Shown here: piece by piece, positions 27,976-42,192 of the stretch
Numbering within the stretch: position 1 is the first letter of the stretch
Layout: every line of letters begins with the position of its first letter
Assembly (NCBI GenBank): GCA_964016885.1
Contig: OZ024741.1
Span: forward strand, 14,880,001-14,944,000
Source: Eledone cirrhosa
Taxonomy: Eukaryota
Reading direction: 5' to 3'
Length of the DNA: 64,000 nt
The notes under the pieces: model-generated
Database searches by the model: none
Told to the model about the DNA's origin: nothing
The model's input: only the letters and a program-made list of their open reading frames with translations
Position numbers and translations under genes: made by a program

Positions 27976-28214
27976 TATATATTCTACGCATATACCATCT
28001 TTTACTATTTTAAAAACTTTCTACAATATTCTAACGCCATTTTACATTTCACACATCTATTATTACTCTTCTTTCTTTCTTTCTGTCTTTCTCTCTTTCT
28101 TTCTGTCTTTCTGTCTTTCTTTCTTTCCCACTTCCTTACATTTCCATTTACGTCATTTATTTCTCTCCATTTTATATAGATTTCACTAAACAAAACGCAT
28201 AAAATCATATCACA

Positions 28215-28677
28215 CACAAGACATCATATATACCACACAGACATCACACACACACATGACACATACCACACACACACACATATCACATACGTCACACACG
28301 CATCACACACACACATAACAACACACACATCCCATCCCACACATCACACACATCACAACACTCACATCCCACACATCGAATCACACACACACACACACAC
28401 ACATCACACACGTACATCACACACATAACAACACTCCCATCACACACATACACACACACATCACACACATCACACGCATAACAACAATCACATCTCACAC
28501 ATCCCATCACACACACACACACACGTCACACACACATCATGTACATCACACACATCACACGTACATCACACACATAACAACACTCACATCACACCCCCAT
28601 CACACACACACACATCACATACATCACACGTACATCGCACACATAACAACACTCACATCACACACACATCACACACA
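28215..28677. repeat. CA-rich low-complexity repeat (CATCACACA units)
   Basis: Direct inspection. Confidence 0.85.
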
Positions 28678-29206
28678 ATTTTTACTTTATTCACCATCAC
28701 TTTTTCTCTATATAAGCCTGTGCCTTTTTCTTTCTCCCTCAATCTGTTCTATCTGTTAGTCTAACTCTGCTGGTCCTTATTCTATATCTTTTAATATACA
28801 CGAAAATGAAATATAAAAAAACAGACACACAATTCTGCCTACAATCTACTTTAAATAAATGAAAATTTGCACAGATTCGGCCATATTGCATTTTTTTCGT
28901 CTTTCCTTTTATAGCAATTCTGTGAATCTTTTAATATATTTTTTTTCTTCCAATTTCACTTTCCTCCTCTCCCACAAACACATATTACTATCTTTATATA
29001 TTTTTTGTCTTTCCCTGCCATGCACCATCTACCACTTTCACTGCCAAAGTTTCACAGTCAGTGCCAAAAGAAATAAAATCATTTTGGCTAATGTTCGCTT
29101 AGAGTTATTGTTACTGTTTCTCTATATATTTATATTCTCGGTTTTTTTATTTCTACTGCTTTCTATAATAAATATTACTTCTATTGATATGATTACTGTT
29201 GTTATA

Positions 29207-29303
<97 letters not shown>

Positions 29304-29315
29304 TCCAGTAATAAT

Positions 29316-29503
29316 AATTGTTTCTACTTTTGGCACAAAGCCAGCAATTATACCAGTGTATTACTGGTACTTTATTTTATAGACCCCCGTAAGGATGAAA
29401 GGCAAAGTTAACCTCGACGAGATTTGAACTCAGACCATAAAGGGCCGTAACTCTTTGCTGCAAAGCATGGCGTCAGACCCTCTACCGATACTGCCAATCC
29501 ACT
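29316..29503 (-). mobile_element. Octopus-type SINE
   Basis: Reverse complement of the SINE consensus seen in the window. (TAA)n/(CTA)n tail. Confidence 0.85.
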
Positions 29504-29524
29504 ACACTTTCCAGTAATAATAAT

Positions 29525-30000
29525 ACTTTGTGTATTGGTCACAAGGACCGAAAGCGAGAGGACTGTACAAAAGACAGGGACATTTCAGATTTATAAAAAG
29601 TTGAAAATAATGGAAACATCTAAACAAATAAAACAGATAATAATAAACAAAAAATTAATAACAATAACAATCCCCCAATAGTGGAGGAGAGCACAACCCA
29701 GGGGTAACTCAGGAACTCCACATATCCTAAATCAACTTAATCACCAAGAGCACGGTCAGATGTTAATTCTCTCTTCTCTAAACTGTCCAGCCTTCAGGCG
29801 CATGCTCAGTTTAGACCCATTCACTCGGGTCATACTCGCTACGTTTCCTCACCTTTTAACAAATGTACTGAATGTCAGCACTTGCCTCTCCACCCTCACC
29901 TTCCTTTCTAAGAGGAACTTGAAAACGTTGATGCGAAAATGTTGGCCGAAGAGGAAAGTGTCTGACTTGTCTTTTCAGCCGCGTCCACCACACAACCTTT
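29525..30000 (-). mobile_element. Tx1/L1-like LINE 3' end (ORF2 C-terminus plus 3' UTR), decayed
   Basis: Minus strand: KVVWWTRLK / DTFLFGQHFRINVFKFLLERKVRVERQVLTFSTFVKR*GNVASMTRV, like the WxxR...F..RW terminus of Tx1-type ORF2. Confidence 0.5.
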
Positions 30001-30032
30001 TTAATTGACTCCCTATTCTGATCTGTAACCTC

Positions 30033-31150
30033 AGATGAACAGTACTTTCCACAGGATAAATACTGTTCCCCAAAGAGCTATCTTTTGCAATGTCATAATG
30101 TTGGAACTTATCCAATTGTATCAACGTTTTTCGGAATGTTTTGTCAACGACCCAAGTGCTCCAATCACAATTTTTACCTCTTTTCTTTTCACATTTCACA
30201 TACTCTTAACATTCTCAAATTTGCATAATTTATGATTTCCTAATTTTCTTTACTATTGATGTAAGAAATACCTCCTTACAGTAACTTTCTCCACCAAAGT
30301 TATACCTAGCCTTGTGAGATTACAATCTCAGTCTGTCGGGATTGTAAAGTCCCACAAAAATATGATTTTCTACGACCTTCACTGGTTTATGTTGATACCA
30401 TTTCTCAGTTATTAGAAACCCATATTTCCTGCAAAAAGACCAGTGGATATGTTAGTACACTTTATTTTGATGTCTTTTATATTCCCTCTGCGCATGTCAT
30501 AGGGACTCTCGACGTGTGTCACATTTTCCACCTTCTTCCTAAATAACCTACACTTATTTGTTTCATGTAGGTTATAGATATTCCTTATTGCATTTGTGTT
30601 TTGTGCTTGATCTTAAGCAGCTATTAATAAACTTTCTCTGTCTCTCTTTTAAGATCAATTTTGTCAAGCAATCCATGAAAATATTTCTTTTACTTAATTC
30701 ATTGTGGTTTGTCAATTTGACCGTGTAATTCCATATTCTGCCCCGTGCTCAGTTTATCCGCTAGCAGTCTCTGTTTGTCATTTTCTTTAGTTTCAATAAT
30801 TTCAATGCATAAACCTCTGTATTTGGAAATATACCGTAAAAGATTTATATTACTGGCCAAATATAAATCTTAAGTCCTGCATTTATTGGCCACACAATCT
30901 TTCACCCTCACAAGTCCTCGGTGTCCTATGTTCCGTGTGTATATAGTCTTATATTATTTACCTTTGGATGCAATGCACCATTGTCTTACACATGAACCAA
31001 TCCAACATCTCTATCTATTCCATGGTCCAATTTAAAATGGCCTCATTATGTCTAATGACCGGTACAACACAGTCATTGATAGCAATAATCAAGTTCTTTC
31101 CATCCAATTTCGTCTTCAGTAACAGCTATAACCTATTTAGATATGTGTAC
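30033..31150 (-). mobile_element. R4/Dong-like RLE non-LTR retrotransposon remnant (post-RT region, zinc knuckle, endonuclease)
   Basis: Minus-strand fragments in the expected order: LLKTKLDGKNLIIAINDCVVPVIR; RLY; SLLIAA*DQA; KCRLF..VENVTH; AQREYKRH..IHWSFCRKYG..KWYQHKP..VVEN; WDFTIPTD; VIGALGS...LQKIALWGTVFILWKVL. Many stops and frameshifts. Confidence 0.8.
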
Positions 31151-31225
31151 CCTCTATCCCTAGGTCACCAATTGGCCCTCCATCAGAAAATTCAATCATC
31201 ATCATCATCGTTATTATTATTATTT

Positions 31226-31610
31226 GGATTGGCAGTATCGGTAGAGCGTCGGACATGCTTTGCAGTTACGGTCCTTTACATTCGGAGTTCAAATCCCGCC
31301 AAGGTTAGCTTTGCCTTTCATCTTTACGGGGTCGATAAAATAAAGTACCAGTAACGCACTGGGGCGATTTAACTGACGTACTCTTCCCCCCAAATTGCTG
31401 GCCTTGTGCCTAAAGTAGAAACAATAATTATTATTAATATTGGTGTTGTTAAATGAATCGGACGAGATGCCTTTTTACATTTAGTTGCGGCCTTTTTCAT
31501 CCTGATGTCAAATATGTCATAGATCCCCGCCATTTGTCATCCATCTTGGTGTGATAAATATAGTAGTACCTTCTGTACATTGAGGTCTATTTAATTGATT
31601 AACCCCAATT
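31226..31610 (+). mobile_element. Octopus-type SINE followed by an older degenerate copy
   Basis: 31226-31430 matches the consensus. 31450-31610 is weakly similar. Confidence 0.75.
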
Positions 31611-31830
31611 GTTCTCTTTAAAATAATCTTATACACATTTACTTAGAAAGGGTGGACAGCAATGGAACAGTGGAAATGTCTTTCTCAACGAAATCTTCAT
31701 CCCCATCATCAGCATACAACATTATCGGTACATTTGTGTATGTGTGTATATATATATATACATTATATATATAGCATATGTGTGTGCATATATATATATA
31801 TATATATATACATTATATATATAGCATATG

Positions 31831-31899
<69 letters not shown>

Positions 31900-31916
31900 T
31901 ATATATATAGCATATG

Positions 31917-32110
<194 letters not shown>

Positions 32111-32118
32111 CATATATG

Positions 32119-32276
<158 letters not shown>

Positions 32277-32803
32277 AACATAATCAAACACATACACATA
32301 TATTGATGTGTATCTGTGTCTGCCTAGTTAACAATATACATATATATATTCATGTGATCCTCCCTGTATATGTCTGTGTATGTGAGTACATAAACATACT
32401 CACACATACGCATATACATGCATATGCAGACACGTACATACACATATACACACACACAACGGCTATGATTAACCAGTTCAGTTGAGGTTATTAAAAGCGA
32501 GAAACATAAAACTGATTTGCATATTAATTCAAATATGCAAAGTAGAAGAGCTTTGACGTTTGCAAAGAACTTATTAGAGCTTAATTAACAAACAATTATG
32601 TTTAAATAAGCCCCTCTTGACCCACCACAGTTGTGATGCTTTTCAACATTGCCTGAGTCATAATAAACTTAATAAGTTAACAGATTTCATATATTATAGA
32701 TTGATAGCAAAATAAATCTTACTAATAACACTATGACGTGCTCTGTGTCACATCTAATTATTATCATATTATGGCATGTCTTCAAAATGACTGTAATGTA
32801 TAT

Positions 32804-32840
<37 letters not shown>

Positions 32841-33021
32841 GAACGAGTAGGACCCCGACGGCTGAGCTCAAGCCGTTTCTGAATTGTCCAGAATTAGCCG
32901 TCGAAACGGCTTGAGCTCAGCCGTCGGGGTCCTTCTCGTTCCTATTACCCACTCTACTACCCTAAGTATTGAGTACTTTGGTGCGTTATGGTCCACCTGG
33001 TTCCTTACCACATTTCCTTCG

Positions 33022-33024
<3 letters not shown>
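32841..33024 (+). mobile_element. Family A element
   Basis: Arms GAACGAGTAGGACCCCGACGGCTGAGCTCAAGCCGTTTC / near reverse complement, plus tail, in (TA)n. Confidence 0.75.
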
Positions 33025-33108
<84 letters not shown>

Positions 33109-33157
33109 TATATACATATATACACACATATATATATGTATACATATATATATAATG

Positions 33158-33192
<35 letters not shown>

Positions 33193-33341
33193 CATGTAAA
33201 TAAATGCATATATATATGTGTGTGTGTGTGTATATGTGTATGTGTGTGTCTGTGTGTCTGTGTATTTGTGTGTGCTTATATATATACATTACGTTTCAAG
33301 ATGGCTGACTACCAACAATACAATGACGTATATTACTTTAA

Positions 33342-33475
<134 letters not shown>

Positions 33476-33499
33476 CATATATATGCATACATATATATA

Positions 33500-33702
33500 C
33501 AGTAAAAAAAAACTTTTTTCGCTGTACATGCCTGAACAAAATAAATATAATCTGAGGTTTTTCGAATATTAATAATAATATTCGATTCATTTGCAATTAT
33601 GCAAAAAAGCCTCATGAGGGGCTCATTCTACTAACATGGCTCTAAAATGAGGCTTGTTTGCATAATTACAAACGAATCGAATATAATTATTAATATTCGA
33701 TT
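33500..33702. repeat. Tail + imperfect hairpin element in (TA)n
   Basis: TCGAATATTAATAAT...AAGCCTCAT (33561-33615) mirrored by ATGAGGCTT...ATTAATATTCGA (33647-33700). Confidence 0.6.
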
Positions 33703-33708
33703 ACATTT

Positions 33709-33817
<109 letters not shown>

Positions 33818-33968
33818 GAAGTTGGGAACAGCACGGGGGATACATTTAAGGGTCCACCTTTCCTTTCTGACTCGTCAAAGTGACACTACTGAAAAGATAA
33901 TGCTTCCCGTGCCTGAGTATAGACGGTATTGGCAACAATATTTTCCAGTTCCATTGAGTACAGCAACA

Positions 33969-34046
<78 letters not shown>

Positions 34047-34048
<2 letters not shown>

Positions 34049-34186
34049 ATCGATCGACTTTCCTCAAATCGAACCGAGGAAACAAAGTTTTCGTCGGTCT
34101 TTCCAGTTGCTAATACTATATATCGGTTGCAATTCCAGGTAGAAGGAGGAACGTGAAATAAAATGTCTTGCTCAAGGACATAACGC
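34047..34186 (-). mobile_element. Second SINE family, 3' part
   Basis: Reverse complement of 48010-48145 (GTCCTTGAGCAAGACA...CCTTCTACCTGG...). Confidence 0.7.
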
Positions 34187-34217
<31 letters not shown>

Positions 34218-34224
34218 TAAAATT

Positions 34225-34268
34225 TAAACAAGGCTTGTGCCAATAGTGGCCGAAGCCTATCAAAGTTA
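34225..34268 (+). mobile_element. Isolated 3' terminus of the CR1/Jockey-group LINE
   Basis: GCCAATAGTGGCCGAAGCCTATCAAAGTTA resembles GCCAATACTGGCCGAAACCTATCAAATTTA at 43478-43507. Confidence 0.55.
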
Positions 34269-34517
34269 GGTCCACTGGTATTAGAATCTAATTCTCTTGA
34301 CCACAAGCAAATGAGATATGGGATTTGATCTCAGTATAACGTCAGCGGGAGGTCAGTTATTTGAGTGTGATGTTATTTAGCCATAGGTCCGCTTTGACAG
34401 CCCATTACGTTTAGTATTATGTAAGACAAAGTTATATATTATTTCTTTATTTATCCAAAATATTGAGGAAGATATGGCAGCTTGTTCTACCAGTTAAACA
34501 ACAACAACAAAATTATT

Positions 34518-35151
34518 CGGTGAATTAGCAGTATCGGTAGAGAGTCGGACGCCATACATTGCAGCATAGAGTTATGTCTCTTTATGATCTGAGTTCAAAT
34601 CCTGCCGAGGTTAACTTTGCCTTTCATCCTTACGGGGTCGATAAAATAAAGTACCAGTCACTGGGGTCGATTTAATCGACTTTCCCCTCCCCCCAAATTG
34701 CTGGCCTTGTGCCTATATAAGAAATCATTATTATTAGAGTATTTGTATAGCGTCGGATACCATGCTTCGTAGCATAGAGTTACGGCCTTTACTTTCTGAG
34801 TTCAAATCCTGCCGAGGTTAGCTTTGCCTTCCTTCCTTATCGGGTCCGATAAAATAAAGTACCAGTAATACACTAAGGGAGACTTTTATTGACCTTCCCC
34901 TCCCCAAAATTTCTGGCCTTGTGCCTAAATCAAAAACCATTATTATTATTATTGATAATGAGGGCGGTGAATTGGCAGTATCGGTAGAGGGTCGGACGCC
35001 ATGCTTTCCAGCATAGTTACGTCCCTTTACGGTCTGAGTTTAAATCCCGCCGAGGTTGACTTTGCCTTTCATCCTTACGGGGTCGATAAAATAAAGTACC
35101 AGTAATGCACTGGGTAATTGCTGGCCTTGTGCCTAAAGTAGAAAACAATTA
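34518..35151 (+). mobile_element. Three tandem octopus-type SINE copies
   Basis: 34518-34728, 34745-34943 and 34962-35151, each with a B-box and an (ATT)n tail. Confidence 0.88.
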
Positions 35152-35708
35152 TTATTGATAATGAGAATAATACGGATAATAACATTTGGAGTGGTGATAG
35201 CCACGCCTCTTGGAACGGTTAGTAATATATCTACAACAATAACAACAATAACAACAACAATAACAACAACAATAACAACAACAATAACAACAATAACAAC
35301 AACAATAACAACAATAACAACACACATAACAACAATAACAACACAAATAACAATTACAATATCAACAAAGGCAACTACAAAATAACTATCATAGGAAACA
35401 ATCCCAAATAGTAATTAACAACATTATATATGTGTGTACGTGTGTGTATATGTGTATATGTGTATATGTGTATATGTGTATATGTGTATATGTGTGTATA
35501 TAGACATCCACACATACACACATATATATATATATGTATGTGTGTGTTTGCGTGTACATGTGAGTATATACATATACATATATATTTGTATGTAAATATA
35601 TATATGTGTGTGTGTGTGTGTATGTATATGTATATATGTATGTATATATATATATATACATACATATATACATATACATATACATATACACTCAACGTAA
35701 CGTTGTTA

Positions 35709-35763
<55 letters not shown>

Positions 35764-35803
35764 CATATATACATATACATACACAAACAACGTAACGTTG
35801 TTA

Positions 35804-35877
<74 letters not shown>

Positions 35878-36146
35878 ACAGTAGAGTAATTGTAATAGTA
35901 ATCTAAGTAATGTTGCGAGTGTTTAAGTTGAGTGTAAATGTGAGATGAAAGGGAAGTTCTCCAATTATGGAGTTGTGACATAAAATGTAATGTGTGTGAT
36001 GGAGGCGGGAAATTATGGAGTTGTGTGACATAAAGTGTTCACTGTGATCAAGGAAACTTACTAACTCATCTCATATGACATTTCCATTCTGTGTAGTTGT
36101 GTCGTTTAGAAACATTTCTCTTGTTTTTACACTGTTTTAACTGCTT

Positions 36147-36165
36147 TTGTTGTTGTTACTGTTGC

Positions 36166-36196
<31 letters not shown>

Positions 36197-36539
36197 GGTA
36201 GTGGTGGTGGTACTGTTGTTATCGCTGTCGTCTTTGGTGTTGGTGTTGTCGTTGTTACTGTTGTTGTTTTTGATGGTGGTGGTGGTGGTGGTGGTGATGG
36301 TGGTGATGGTGGTGGTGGTGGTGGTGATGGTGGTGGTGGTGGTGGTGGTGGTGGTGGTGGTGTTACTGTTGTTGTTGGTGGTGGTGGTGATTGTGGTGGT
36401 GGTGTTGGTGTTGTTGCTGTTGTTATCGCTGATGTCGTTGGTGTTGGTGGTGTTGTTGTTGTTGGTGTTGTTGTTACTGTTGTTACGCTGATGTCGTTGT
36501 TGTTGTTGATGTTGTCGTTGTTACTGTTGTTCTTGGTGA

Positions 36540-36578
<39 letters not shown>

Positions 36579-36648
36579 AGTTGTTATTGTTGTTGTAGTT
36601 GTAGTTGTTATTGTTGTTGTAGTTGTTATTGTTGTTGTAGTTGTTGTG
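36147..36648. repeat. (GTT)/(GGT) low-complexity tract
   Basis: Direct inspection. Confidence 0.9.
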
Positions 36649-36778
36649 TGCCGGAATTGTGTATGTAACTGTGTGTGTGTGTGTAACTGTTTTATGTAGA
36701 TGTTAACATATAGATATGAGTGTGTGTTGATGTAACTGGGTACATGAGCTTGGGTGTAACTGCGTATGGGTGTTAGAA

Positions 36779-36943
<165 letters not shown>

Positions 36944-36965
36944 TATATATATATATATATATATA

Positions 36966-37042
<77 letters not shown>

Positions 37043-37172
37043 GTGAGGTTTTTCTACAAAATGAAAAATAACCGAGGTGTCCTACACGAGTGAAAGTATA
37101 AAGAACAAAAGATGAAATCGAAAATGCAACTGGAGTTTTATTTTTAAAAATATATATATATTTATTTGGTTC

Positions 37173-37208
37173 CTTTACCGGTTTCGCAGTTCTTCTGCTT
37201 TTCAAAAG
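37173..37208 (-). ncRNA. Minimal hammerhead ribozyme, U3-A8 variant (left arm)
   Basis: Reverse complement of 37721-37756. Confidence 0.55.
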
Positions 37209-37720
37209 TAGAGTTGAGATGGAGGGTCTGTGGTTTTTCTCACATCTAGTTGGTCTCTGAATGTTACTTGTTTTATATGGAAAAAAGTGGCTCGAAATGC
37301 CAGGTTTTTAGAGAGAAGTAATTTGAATGGTTGGTCAATAATTATAATAAATTTCGCGCCAGTTCGCGTTACAAAGCTCTTCAAACAAGGGGGGGAGGCA
37401 CAGGTTGTTTTTTTTTCATATATGAGTGTTTGAATTTCTTTTTACTTAAAAAAAAGGGGGGCTCACGGAGGTTTTTTTTAAATAAACGTAATTTGATTGT
37501 TTATAAATGAAATTATGGCTGTCACGTGAACAAGTTTTCATTAAATTTTAGCACTTTGTAACGCGAACTGGCGCGAAATTTATTATAATTATTGACCAAC
37601 CAATCAAATTACTTCTCTAAAAACCTGGCATTTCGAGCCACTTTTTTCCATATAAAACAAGTAACATTCAGAGACCAACCAGATGTGAGAAAAACAAACA
37701 GACCCTCCAGCTCAACTCTA

Positions 37721-37756
37721 CTTTTGAAAAGCAGAAGAACTGCGAAACCGGTAAAG
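37721..37756 (+). ncRNA. Minimal hammerhead ribozyme, U3-A8 variant (right arm)
   Basis: CTT | TTGAAAA | GCAG-AAGAA-CTGC | GAAA | CCGG | TA | AAG. Palindromic stem III, GUA site, short stem I. Confidence 0.55.
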
Positions 37757-38352
37757 GAACCAAATATATATATATATATTTTTAAAAATAAGACTCCAGT
37801 TGCATTTTCGATTTCATCTTTTTTTCTTTATATATATATATACATATCATTATATAAGCGTATATAAATATACACACATAAATACGTATATAACGTGCGC
37901 ACACACATACCTACAGGTAAATACACATATGTTCGCTAAACCTATGTCAACCAAAACACAAAGCACACATATACACACACCCTACATAGGTGCAAACCCG
38001 CATACACACAAAAAAACGCAAAATACACGTATACACATAACCATATACACATGTACCAGTATATATAATATAATATATACACCTATAATAAATACAAGCA
38101 AATATACGTACGAGAAAGTATACGTACCTTCACAAAACATACAGGTAATATATACTTACCTATACAAATAAGTAATGGTATAAACATAAAATATACTTAG
38201 CTACCACATCAAGACGTAACAATTCCGAGTATTGTTCGTACTATCGCATAGTTCTATATAACATCAAACATATTATTATTATTTTCTCATCATTTTATGT
38301 GTATATGTTGACTCAAAAGCGTGCGCGTAGAACTCAAACGCAAACGGACTTA

Positions 38353-38383
<31 letters not shown>

Positions 38384-38562
38384 ACACACACACACACACG
38401 CCCCCCCCCCACACACACACACACACACACGTATATATATTTACACAAATGCATGGGAATACGTAACTATATCTGTGTGAGTGCATATTGTATTTCTTTA
38501 TATATATATATACACACAGACATTAGTTTATGAAATTCGCCGAATGTACTTCATATAAATAA

Positions 38563-38593
<31 letters not shown>

Positions 38594-38821
38594 ATAGGGG
38601 CGAAGTGTCCGTGCATGCGTTATAGAATCTTGAGTTGAACAATTGCGTCGGTTGAAGCAGGCAGAATTTTGACTGCTTACTAAAAAGTATAGACACAAAA
38701 AAAATATACCACACACACACACACACTAGATAACACTCCATGTGGCTTTGACCGGGAGGGTCATTTAAAGGGAATTGGGTTGGGGGGGGGGTAAGTCTGC
38801 GCAGCCCCACTCTCCGTCATG

Positions 38822-38899
38822 GCGATTGGACTGCATGCCCTGCTCCCAGGTTACTCCTCGCGAAGAGTAACCTGGGAGCAGGGCATGCAGTCCAATCGC
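38822..38899. repeat. 78-bp GC-rich near-perfect palindrome
   Basis: GCGATTGGACTGCATGCCCTGCTCCCAGGTTACTC-c-TCGCGA-a-GAGTAACCTGGGAGCAGGGCATGCAGTCCAATCGC, one mismatch. Confidence 0.9.
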
Positions 38900-39056
38900 A
38901 AATATTTGTCTGCCTCTCTGTTTTGTTCCCGTATAAATTTGCACTATATATATATATATATATACATATATACATATATATGGGAGCTTCCAACAGTAAT
39001 GGTTGCAATCTTTAAGGGTATGTCAATATTTATTTATAAAACTGATCTATATTATA

Positions 39057-39112
39057 TTTTATCTGATGAAAGCACACCATAATTTAACTTGGTGTCCTTG
39101 AAATATGTATAA
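39057..39112 (+). ncRNA. Degenerate hammerhead ribozyme
   Basis: TTAT-CTGATGA-AAGCACACCA(loop)TGGTGTCCTT-GAAA-TATG-T-ATAA. 9/10-bp stem II. One base is missing at the cleavage site. Confidence 0.5.
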
Positions 39113-39158
39113 TGAAATAAATATAGTTTTATAAATATAGTTTCCATTTGTTAATATC

Positions 39159-39217
<59 letters not shown>

Positions 39218-39761
39218 CTTTTTTTTATCTTGTTTGCTTTTCCCATATATGATTTTATTAGACTCTGAATCTGTTCATTTTATTAACTCTTTCACAGAAC
39301 CATACTTAGTATAATTTGGATTTTCTGTATACACTTGTATCTATACTCGTGTAGAGATATATATACTTCTTCGTTTAATATATATATATATATATATATA
39401 TATCAGTGTGTGTGTTATTACAATAGGCAGTTTTGTGATTTGTTTGTATATAATACTTTCAATTCTACCCTGATGAACTATGACAGTTGGTCGGGTAGAT
39501 TCTCTGATTGAAGTCTTACGTAATTTATAAATATACCCATATCGAAGTTTGATGTCAACTACAGCCGCCCTCAGCATAGAGATTTATGGGGTGGCTTTCA
39601 CGACAATGATGATGGTGATGATGATGATGACGCGTTTGCATAGGTATATGAACATGCATATATATGTAAATATTTATGTATTTACATACATATATATTTA
39701 CATACTTACATACATGCATGGATATAGGCTTATATATGTATATATATACATGTATGTGTCG

Positions 39762-39852
<91 letters not shown>

Positions 39853-39854
39853 AG

Positions 39855-40064
39855 TCCCGGGTTCAATCGGGGGTAACCACAGTTAGTAAAGTACTCAATC
39901 CATTAGTAGAGTGTAAACATCATGTTTGATATAGAAATGACTTCTACAGAACGTGAACAGTTTTAATCAAAAGAAATCACCAGGAAAGACCATGATTTCC
40001 AGATGATTTCATTTGAATGAAACAGTTGTAGTCCTGTAGAACTCATTTCTATATTAAACTTGAT
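39855..40064 (-). mobile_element. Family B tail+fold-back element with hammerhead-like motif (39997-40041, +)
   Basis: TTC-CAGATGA-T TTC ATTT GAA T-GAAA-CAG..CTG-TA-GAA. Imperfect ~65-bp arms. Tail GTACTCAAT..GTAGAGTG. Confidence 0.65.
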
Positions 40065-40805
40065 ATACATATATATACATATATATATATATATATACAT
40101 TTAATATATATATCCATACATACATACGTACGTACAGACGTACATACACACATACATACACACATATATAGATACGTACGCACATACACGTACATAGATA
40201 TACTTGAAGTATTCTAGCAAAAGAACGTCTGTGTAGAATGTGTTTAACTGTATGTTGGGAGTGAGAGAGATCTGGTTGTATGTTCCTTAGAGAAGTGGTA
40301 TGTTCCAGATGAAGACAGTGGCACTACAGAGAATGACTCAATATCATCTAGAGAATAAATGACCAAAGTGATAGGAACTTAATGCAAACAATTATTCATC
40401 ACTGGAGATAGTATAATCCCCGAACGTCGGTAGATCAATCTACACACTCACACAGAGAGTCAAGGACTTTTAGAATACAATAGTGTAGAACAATACACAT
40501 TATATACACACGTTGTATAACCTCGGCTTTAGTTCCTGTCCACAGAGCGGACCCTTTTATATCCGAAATGTTAGAGATATCCCTAATACATTGTCCTAGC
40601 TGTACGATTGTATCTCTCTTATGTTAATTCGAGCAAAGCTCAGTCGTCGTTGGCGGGAAAAATTTCCATAAAATCTACGGCATGTAAAGGTCTTGCCACT
40701 CTGTCACGTGGCTAATGGCCGGCAAAAGTTCATGTCAGCGATTCAACGGTATTTCACCACTTTCTGGCCTCTACTTTACAATCTATCTCTCCCCTACACA
40801 CACAT

Positions 40806-40843
<38 letters not shown>

Positions 40844-41052
40844 TCCCTCCCCCCTCTCTCTCCCTCTTTCTCTCCTTCTCTCACCCCCTTTCTCTTACTG
40901 TACGACTTCCATCTTATCCATCTTACACGGCTTCTTTCTTCTACCCTTTCTACATATCTACAAATATTTATCGCCCCCTCCTTCCGATTTATCATCATAC
41001 TTTGTATGTGTGTAAGTATGTGTATTTTTATGTGTATGTATGTATCTATTTA

Positions 41053-41206
<154 letters not shown>

Positions 41207-41573
41207 TGTATGGATGTTTGAATGTTTGTACGTATGTATCTATGAATGAATATATTTATGTATGAATGTATGTATTGATGGAAGGATGTATGTATGTACG
41301 CATGTAAGTATATATGTATATATGAATGCATATGTCTACGTAATGGATGTATTGGTGATTTTGGTGTGTATGCATTTATATACATATGCACGTGTGTATG
41401 TTATTGTTATATATCTATTTATCTATTTAAACAAACATGCATATATGCGAGTAAGTATACACATACTCACATATATTTAAATATATATGCATCGTAAATA
41501 TGCATATATATACGTATATATATATTTATATGCATATATATATACGTATATATATATGTATATTATATATATG

Positions 41574-41630
<57 letters not shown>

Positions 41631-41694
41631 TATTTATAAAGACAAACACAGAGATTCATAAACACAAATTTGTATTAGTATCTCGTTTAGGAGG

Positions 41695-41726
<32 letters not shown>

Positions 41727-41727
<1 letters not shown>

Positions 41728-41855
41728 AGTATTGAAGTTTCCGTTGAAAATTGAAAAAGTCATAGGAGTGAAGAGTGCTCTATGTAAGTACCAGAGCAAA
41801 ATTTAATGTATAATAAACAATACAATATAATTACCTCATTACCAGAGGTTTCCCG
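41727..41855 (-). mobile_element. Relative of Family C (tail and 3' half of the hammerhead)
   Basis: AAGAGTGCTCTATGTA..CAGAGC...AATAAACAA...TCATTACCAGAGGTTTC parallels 42131-42212. Confidence 0.5.
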
Positions 41856-42059
41856 AACAAGACGAATACGAAAAACGTCCTCATTCGTTCGTCGGACAAG
41901 GCAATTTAAAACATAGTGAAATATTTGGAAAGTCTCCTCAAGAAATGCAAAAAATATATAAATAAAAGTAATGAATAAGATATATAAAAAAATATAAGGA
42001 AATATAGTTAGAGCATGTGTATATGTATGTATATACACTCACAAATGTACATATGTGTG

Positions 42060-42094
<35 letters not shown>

Positions 42095-42192
42095 TATATG
42101 AATTAATTTCTTCGGAAAGGTCCAGGAAAAAAGAGTGCTCTATGTAGGTTACAGAGCTTAATAGTTATGTAATAAACAACATAAGGCAATTA

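Larger units (their letters stand above)
37038..37832 (-). mobile_element. Family G element: tail + ~280-bp inverted repeat
   Basis: Tail 37038-37096, arms 37097-37376 / 37554-37832, 177-bp spacer, (TA)n flanks. Confidence 0.85.
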
